Assembly (NCBI GenBank): GCA_041584215.1
Contig: JBFHEM010000020.1
Location: 1,568-65,567 of the forward strand
From: Tichowtungia sp.
Lineage (GTDB): Bacteria > Verrucomicrobiota > Kiritimatiellia > Kiritimatiellales > Tichowtungiaceae
Direction: 5' to 3'
Length of the DNA stretch: 64,000 nt
A model generated the notes under the pieces. It was not told the origin of the DNA. It saw only the letters and a program-made list of their open reading frames with translations, and ran no database searches. Shown here one piece after another: positions 58,477-64,000 of this stretch (position 1 is the first letter of the stretch; the number at the start of each line of letters is the position of its first letter). The position numbers were made by a program, and so were the translations under genes.

Positions 58477-59454
58477 ATGCACCTTGAGGTTGATGTCAGT
58501 TTGAGGCAGGGGGCTTTTGTTCTCGATGCGCAGTTTGAGTTTGACGGCAGCGCGCTGGGCCTGTTCGGTCCGTCCGGGTCGGGCAAGAGCACACTGATGC
58601 GCGCGATCGCCGGGCTGGTGCGCCCGGAGCGCGGGCTGATCCGCCTCAACGGCGACACGCTGTTCGACAGCCTGAACAAGGTGTGGGTGCCGCCGCACCG
58701 CCGCGAGATCGGCGTGGTCTTTCAGGACGCGCGCCTCTTTCCGCACTGGTCGGTCAAAAAAAACCTGTGCGCCGGGGTGCTGGCCGAGGAGTCCGGCATC
58801 TTTTCATTTTCTCACATCGTCAACCTGCTGGAGATTGAACCGCTGCTGAGCCGTCCGGTGGACAATCTGTCCGGCGGCGAAAAGCAGCGCATCGCGCTGG
58901 GTCGCGCGCTGCTCGCGCACCCGCGCCTGCTGCTGCTCGACGAGCCGATCAGCGGGCTCGATGCGGCACTCAAGGAGCAGATCCTGCCGTTTTTAAAGCG
59001 CGTGCATGAGGAGCTGCATCTGCCGTGCATCATGGTCAGCCACACCCTGCCGGAAATCCTGCACCTGACCGATCAGCTGGTGCTGATGAAGAACGGGCAG
59101 CTCGTCGCGCAGGGGGCATTGGTTGATCTGGTTGAAAACCGGGAGGCCTTCAACAGCCTGCGCCGCTCCGGGCTGATGAGCACCGTAACGCTTCCGCACG
59201 GCCGCGTCGGCGTGCGGCCCGACGAGGTGGTGCTCGCCACCCGCCCGGTCGACGGCCTCTCTGCGCAGAACTGCATTGAGGGGACCCTGCGCCGCATGGT
59301 GGATCACGGCGAAACGGTTCTCTGTGTTGCGGACACCGCGGCGGGATCGCTGATGGCGGACGTCACTCCCGCCGCCGTGCAGAAACTCGGCCTGCTGGTT
59401 GGCAGTCCCGTCTGGTGTATTTTTAAAACGCATGCGCTGCATCCGGTGGATTAG
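58477..59454 (+). CDS. modC: Molybdate ABC transporter ATPase with TOBE domain
   Basis: GPSGSGKST, VFQDARLFPH, LSGGEKQR, LLLDEP, SAQN...V...FK TOBE. Confidence 0.94.
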   Translation: MHLEVDVSLRQGAFVLDAQFEFDGSALGLFGPSGSGKSTLMRAIAGLVRPERGLIRLNGDTLFDSLNKVWVPPHRREIGVVFQDARLFPHWSVKKNLCAGVLAEESGIFSFSHIVNLLEIEPLLSRPVDNLSGGEKQRIALGRALLAHPRLLLLDEPISGLDAALKEQILPFLKRVHEELHLPCIMVSHTLPEILHLTDQLVLMKNGQLVAQGALVDLVENREAFNSLRRSGLMSTVTLPHGRVGVRPDEVVLATRPVDGLSAQNCIEGTLRRMVDHGETVLCVADTAAGSLMADVTPAAVQKLGLLVGSPVWCIFKTHALHPVD

Positions 59455-59890
59455 GCCCTCTCTTCTGAAATCCTGTCATGTTGAACCACTCGCAGGCTCG
59501 TTATTTTCCTTCGAAAAATTATCTTTCGCTACGCTTTCGGGCGACGAATTTATTAGCAACCCTTTACCTGTCAACAACTAAGCTGTTGGTTTTTCACAGA
59601 AGGAAACGAGGAAAACAAAACTGTGCAGGATCATTTTCAGTCAGAATAATTAAGGTCAAAATAATTTTTGTATCCCTGTGGCGTTTAATCAGAGGTCAAG
59701 CTGCAAGTCGTAAATGCACACGAAGCGTGCAAATCTAAACCGGCGCGGTCAGAGAACTGCTCTTGGAGAAGACGGGTAGTCCCAGCAGGAGGAAGGAGGG
59801 TTCCGGCTTCGCCGGTTTAGGTCGGCATAAGCCGTTGCCAATCCGGCCACGATTGTGTTGAATGCGCCCGGCCTTTATCAGGAGATCAAT

Positions 59891-61408
59891 ATGGAATTTG
59901 TGATTAGCGATTTGATGCAGAGCAGCGGCGTGAAATTCGGCACCAGCGGCGCGCGCGGCCTGGCCGACGCCATGACCGATCAGGTCTGCTGCGTCTATAC
60001 CCGGGGGTTTCTTCAGTACCTCAAGCAGACCGGCGAGATCAGTGGGAACGGTGAGACGGTCGCCATCGCCGGCGACCTGCGCCCCTCGACCGGCCGCATC
60101 ATGACCGCCGTCGCGCGCGCCGCCGCCGACATGGGCTGCAGGCCGGTAAACTGCGGGCGCATCCCGTCGCCGGCCGTTGCGCTTTACGGCATCCAAAACC
60201 GCTGCCCGGCCATCATGGTCACCGGCAGCCACATTCCCGATGACCGCAACGGCATCAAATTCAACAAGGCCTCCGGCGAGGTGCTCAAATCCGACGAGGC
60301 GGGCATCGTTTCGCAGGTCGTGGAGATCGCTGACGGCGCGCTGGATAAACCCTTTGAAATGCCCGCCGAAGATCCGGCCGCCGGGGAGGGTTACATTGCC
60401 CGTTACCTAAAGACGTTCCCATCTGACTGCCTGGCCGGCAAAAAGATCGGCATCTATCAGCACTCCGCGGTCGGCCGCGAAATGCTTGTGAAAATTTTTG
60501 AAGGTCTCGGCGCGGAGGTTGCGCCGCTCGGCTGGTCCGACAAATTTATTCCGGTCGACACCGAAGCCATCCGCGACGAGGATGTCGCACTGGCCAAACA
60601 ATGGGCCGCAGAGCAGGGCTTCGACACCATTCTTTCGACGGACGGCGACAGCGACCGGCCGCTCATCAGCGACGAAAACGGCGTGTGGCTGCGCGGCGAC
60701 ATCGCCGGCATCCTGGCTGCGCGCTATCTCGGTGCCGACTCGGTCAGCACCCCGGTCAGCTGCAACACCGCGCTCGAAAAAACCGGCTGGTTCGCCGATG
60801 TGCGCCGCACAAAAATCGGCTCTCCCTTCGTCATCGCCTCCATGAACGAAGCCGCGCAAGCCGGCCGCACCGGCGTTGTCGGCTACGAAGCCAACGGCGG
60901 ATTTTTAACCAACAGCGACTTTTCACCCGAGACGAAGTCGAGAGAGGCTGGCGCCATTGCGACGGCAACGGAACGAAGTGGAGAGGCAATGTTTGGAAAC
61001 GTGCTGCCCGCGCTGCCGACGCGCGACGCCGTCCTGCCGGTGCTGAGCATCATTCTGCTGTCCATCAAAGAGGGCAAAGCCATCTCCGAGCTGACCGCCG
61101 ACCTGCCGCAGCGCTTTACTGCGTCCGACCGCATTCAGGACTTCCCGACCGAAGAGAGTGCAAAAATCATTGAGCAGCTGAAGGATGAAGCGGCCGTTGA
61201 AGAAGTGTTCGGCGAGCTGTTCGGCAAAGTGGAGTCGATCGACCGCACCGACGGCCTGCGCATCACATTCCGGTCCCTGGAAGTGCTGCACCTGCGCCCG
61301 TCGGGCAACGCCCCGGAATTCCGCTGCTACAACGAGGCGGCCTCGCAGGCGCGCGTGCTCGAAATGCAGCGTCAGTCGATGGACATGCTGCTGAAGCTCA
61401 AGGGCTGA
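59891..61408 (+). CDS. manB: Phosphomannomutase
   Basis: FGTSGARG, TGSHIP, DGDSDRP, GYEANGG, RPSGNAPE.RCY; AGGAG RBS. Confidence 0.9.
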   Translation: MEFVISDLMQSSGVKFGTSGARGLADAMTDQVCCVYTRGFLQYLKQTGEISGNGETVAIAGDLRPSTGRIMTAVARAAADMGCRPVNCGRIPSPAVALYGIQNRCPAIMVTGSHIPDDRNGIKFNKASGEVLKSDEAGIVSQVVEIADGALDKPFEMPAEDPAAGEGYIARYLKTFPSDCLAGKKIGIYQHSAVGREMLVKIFEGLGAEVAPLGWSDKFIPVDTEAIRDEDVALAKQWAAEQGFDTILSTDGDSDRPLISDENGVWLRGDIAGILAARYLGADSVSTPVSCNTALEKTGWFADVRRTKIGSPFVIASMNEAAQAGRTGVVGYEANGGFLTNSDFSPETKSREAGAIATATERSGEAMFGNVLPALPTRDAVLPVLSIILLSIKEGKAISELTADLPQRFTASDRIQDFPTEESAKIIEQLKDEAAVEEVFGELFGKVESIDRTDGLRITFRSLEVLHLRPSGNAPEFRCYNEAASQARVLEMQRQSMDMLLKLKG

Positions 61409-61427
61409 CGCGGTTTGCATTGCGCGG

Positions 61428-61499
61428 AGCAGGCGGGACGCCTGCGGTACAGTTCCGGCGGCGGTGCGCTGCCTTCCGTACCGCAGGCGTCCCGCCTGC
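61428..61499. repeat. Inverted pair of CGTACCGCAGGCGTCCCGCCTGC REP units
   Basis: Same unit at 26589, 56467-56537 (three tandem, 27-bp period) and 58086. Confidence 0.85.
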
Positions 61500-61511
61500 C
61501 TCCCCGCACCA

Positions 61512-62144
61512 TCAGCCGCACGGGTTCGGCGGGTGGAAAAGCTCGGCGGCTGAAATGGCGCCCTCGCGCAGAATCTTGGTTTCGTTTTCCAAACATTGGA
61601 CAACGGTACTGGGAATATTTCCAGACCTTGGAACTTTTCCGCCGGTTTTTTCCAATGGTTGGAAATCGTCCAGAAAAAGAGCGAGCTCTTTTTCCAAGCT
61701 TTGGAACGCTTCCTGGGCGTTAGCGGCGTCGGTGCCGCCGCTTTTGTTGGCGCTGGTCAGCGCGATCGGACGGCCGAAGGCGCGGGCGAGCGCCAGCGGC
61801 ACCTCATGGGCCGGCACGCGGAAGCCGGTGGGCCCGTCGGGAGTATCCAGAACGAGGGTCAGCGGGCCGGGCCAGTATTTTTCTGCCAGCGCCTTGCCGT
61901 CGCGCCCGAAGTCGGCGCCGAGCGCCTCGACCTGTTCAAGGGATGCGGCCAGGCGGGCGATCGGCTTGCCGCGGTCGCGCTCTTTCGCGCGGTAGAGCGT
62001 TTCAATGTGTTCCGGCGCGCAGGCGATGCCGTAGACGGTTTCCGTCGGCACGCCGATCAGCTCGCCTGCCTCTAAAAGCATGCAGGCCTGTTTAATGATC
62101 TTTAGGTCAGGCGTTTGCGCATTGACTCGAATCAGTTTGCTCAT
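61512..62144 (-). CDS. tsaC: L-threonylcarbamoyladenylate synthase (YrdC/Sua5)
   Basis: PTETVYG, K.R...KP, WPGPLT, R.P, TSAN.SG, PSTVV..ILREGA. Confidence 0.92.
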   Translation of the reverse strand: MSKLIRVNAQTPDLKIIKQACMLLEAGELIGVPTETVYGIACAPEHIETLYRAKERDRGKPIARLAASLEQVEALGADFGRDGKALAEKYWPGPLTLVLDTPDGPTGFRVPAHEVPLALARAFGRPIALTSANKSGGTDAANAQEAFQSLEKELALFLDDFQPLEKTGGKVPRSGNIPSTVVQCLENETKILREGAISAAELFHPPNPCG

Positions 62145-62289
62145 GATCAAATCTCCGGTTGGTCTGGCCAAAGAGTCTATGCTATTTCTGCGCCACTTAT
62201 GAATGAGCATCTTCAACAGATTGTACTCAACGCGATGTCACGCTCGCCAACTTTTTTTCCGGCCGATGCGGCGTGAAAGACGTCCTGAA

Positions 62290-62495
62290 GTAGAACGGTC
62301 CTCCGGGCCGTTTTTGCTCCGCACCGGCAGGGCCACACGGCGCGGAGCACCGTGCTGCGGAATTCGCACCGTGCTACGGGTAGAACGGTCCTCTAGGCCG
62401 TTTTTGCTCCGCACCGTTTTGCGGTGGTCGGCGCGCCGCTCCGCCCGGGATCCATCCTTCGCGACAGGCTCCAGAGGACAGGCCGGGCGTTCTAC
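62290..62495. repeat. Cluster of GTAGAACGG-type REP units
   Basis: GTAGAACGGTCCTC..GGCCGTTTTTGCTCCGCACC at 62290 and 62380, with inverse-orientation units. Confidence 0.75.
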
Positions 62496-62998
62496 CTGCC
62501 GATTTGCTTCTGCAGCTCGTCGTTCGATTTGAGCACGTCGTCGTGCATGTCTTTTTTGTACTGCACGAGTTTGGCGGCCAGGTCTTCGTCGGCCAGCGCC
62601 AGGATCTGGACGGCCAGGATGGCGGCGTTGATGGCGCCGGCCTTGCCGATGGCGACCGTGGCGACCGGCACGCCCTTGGGCATCTGGACGGTGGAGAGCA
62701 GCGAGTCCATGCCGTCGAGCGCCCAGGCGGGCATCGGAATGCCGATTACAGGCAGGGTGGTGTGGCCGGCCAGCACGCCGGCCAGGTGCGCCGCGCCGCC
62801 GGCCGCGCCGATGATGACCTGCGTGCCGTTGTCTTTGGCGGTTTCGGCGAATTCGCACGCCTCGTGCGGGGTGCGGTGCGCGCTCATCACCTTGACGCCG
62901 GCGCGGATGCCGAATTTTTCCAAGGTTTGGAAACAATGCTCCACGATTTTCCAATCACTGGAACTCCCCATCACGATAGCGACTTTCGGTGCGGCCAT
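62492..62998 (-). CDS. purE: N5-CAIR mutase
   Basis: MGS.SD, SAHRTP, AG.AAHLAG, PVIG.P, STVQMP.G.PVATV. Confidence 0.97.
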   Translation of the reverse strand: MAAPKVAIVMGSSSDWKIVEHCFQTLEKFGIRAGVKVMSAHRTPHEACEFAETAKDNGTQVIIGAAGGAAHLAGVLAGHTTLPVIGIPMPAWALDGMDSLLSTVQMPKGVPVATVAIGKAGAINAAILAVQILALADEDLAAKLVQYKKDMHDDVLKSNDELQKQIGR

Positions 62999-63314
62999 AT
63001 TTAACTCCCGTTGTTTTGCATATTTAAATAGCTGCGGCAGTGATGAACCAGCTGTTTTGCAGCCATGAAGATTGGCTGCTGCGGCTGATTCATCAATTTC
63101 GTCCGCCTATCGTAGTAGAAAATGTGCCGGTTTTCAAACAGGCGTTGCAGCTTGTGCGCAGTTTTTGCGCTGAAAACGGCGGTTTCCGTGCTCCGGAAGA
63201 TGGGCGCGGTTCAGATTTCCATCAGCGGTGCCTGCGGGGCCCGGACGGGCTGCTTTTTGGTTCCGCGGGCTCTTAACATTGACCTGGCTTCCGTTTCCAG
63301 CCATATATTTTACT

Positions 63315-64000
63315 ATGAACCGATTGCTAGTCACGCTGTTGACGATGTCGCTGCTGTCCGCGGAAGCGGGGGCGAGCCTCAATATTGTCAATCACTACAG
63401 CCCCCGGAACAGGGAACGGCCCCTCAGGTCCCGCACCGATTATATTATCCTGCATACAACGGAAGGGCCGTCGAAGGGATCCCTGAATAAGCTGCGGGAG
63501 CGGGGTGAAGCGCACTATATGGTTGATGAACGCGGCAAAGTGTATCGGATCATCGATCGCCGGCGCGTCGCACTGCATGCCGGCCGGAGTATGTGGAACG
63601 GGAAGACGGAGCTGGACAATTACAGTATCGGCATTGAAGTTGCAGGCTATCACAACAAACCGGTGACGGGTTCGCAGGTGGCGGCCCTCAAGGAGCTGCT
63701 GTCGCAGTTGCAGGGCATTTACAAACTGAGAGACGACAGGGTGCTTTGTCATGCCATGGTTGCGTACGGACGTCCCAATCGCTGGCACAAAAAATCACAT
63801 CGCGGCCGCAAGCGGTGCGGCATGCAGTTTGCCGATCCGGACCTGAGAGCACGGCTCGGGTTAACCCAGGTGCCGGCCAGTGATCCGGATGTGCAGGCCG
63901 GGCGTCTTGTGAACGCGGATGACTACCTGGCCAAGGTGCTGTATGGCTCAGGCGGGCGGAGGACGCAGGCCCCGGCGACAGCGGCAACGGGCGGAAATAT
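63315..64000 (+). CDS. Secreted N-acetylmuramoyl-L-alanine amidase (Amidase_2), truncated by the window end
   Basis: Manual translation: MNRLLVTLL signal, IILHTTE, AHY.V, HAG.S.W, SIGIE, LCH; open to the end of the window. Confidence 0.85.
   Translation, partial: MNRLLVTLLTMSLLSAEAGASLNIVNHYSPRNRERPLRSRTDYIILHTTEGPSKGSLNKLRERGEAHYMVDERGKVYRIIDRRRVALHAGRSMWNGKTELDNYSIGIEVAGYHNKPVTGSQVAALKELLSQLQGIYKLRDDRVLCHAMVAYGRPNRWHKKSHRGRKRCGMQFADPDLRARLGLTQVPASDPDVQAGRLVNADDYLAKVLYGSGGRRTQAPATAATGGN

Larger units (their letters stand above)
2160..62963. repeat. Dispersed highly iterated palindrome TTCCAR-N3-YTGGAA
   Basis: Perfect copies start at 2160, 3358, 11172, 12653, 19198, 22646, 26571, 30001, 30420, 32434, 34005, 34203, 34996, 42374, 42734, 42973, 43015, 52758, 52801, 61619, 61650, 61692, 62918, 62949. 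Confidence 0.93.

Noticed and set aside
61587-61706. Palindrome clusters as a mini-CRISPR array
   Set aside because: Units are 15 bp with variable centres, gaps are only 7-28 bp, most copies are inside essential genes, and no cas genes are present.
1-64000. tRNA, rRNA or prophage genes
   Set aside because: No cloverleaf/T-loop signatures, rRNA tracts or phage structural genes were recognised.

Overview
A GC-rich bacterial chromosome segment, probably PVC superphylum / Kiritimatiellota-like (inferred from gene content, not checked). It carries housekeeping genes (trpF, trpB, trpC, yicC, gmk, nrdR, lnt, prfB, xth, tsaC, purE, a phosphomannomutase) and c-di-GMP and hybrid-kinase signalling genes. 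Also present are a vapBC pair, a sigma54-driven aas/lipase/VIT-vWA/rhombosortase operon, a MoxR-DUF58-transglutaminase operon, and a fragmented FeMo-cofactor and molybdate cluster (nifE, nifN, nifB, nifV, modABC; no nifHDK in the window). The strongest unexplained signal is a highly iterated gapped palindrome, TTCCAR-N3-YTGGAA. I counted 24 perfect and about 15 near-perfect copies by eye, mostly inside coding sequences. Neighbouring copies are spaced 22, 31-32 or 42-43 bp apart, which is 2, 3 or 4 helical turns. Other highlights: a triplicated sigma54 promoter module with a non-canonical GTGA-N8-TCAC enhancer before nifE, nifN and nifB; two paralogous 43-aa sigma54-driven proteins before the mod operon; a Y1 HUH transposase with perfect terminal inverted repeats; and several REP/MITE families inserted in frame into proteins. 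All counts are manual and no database searches were run.
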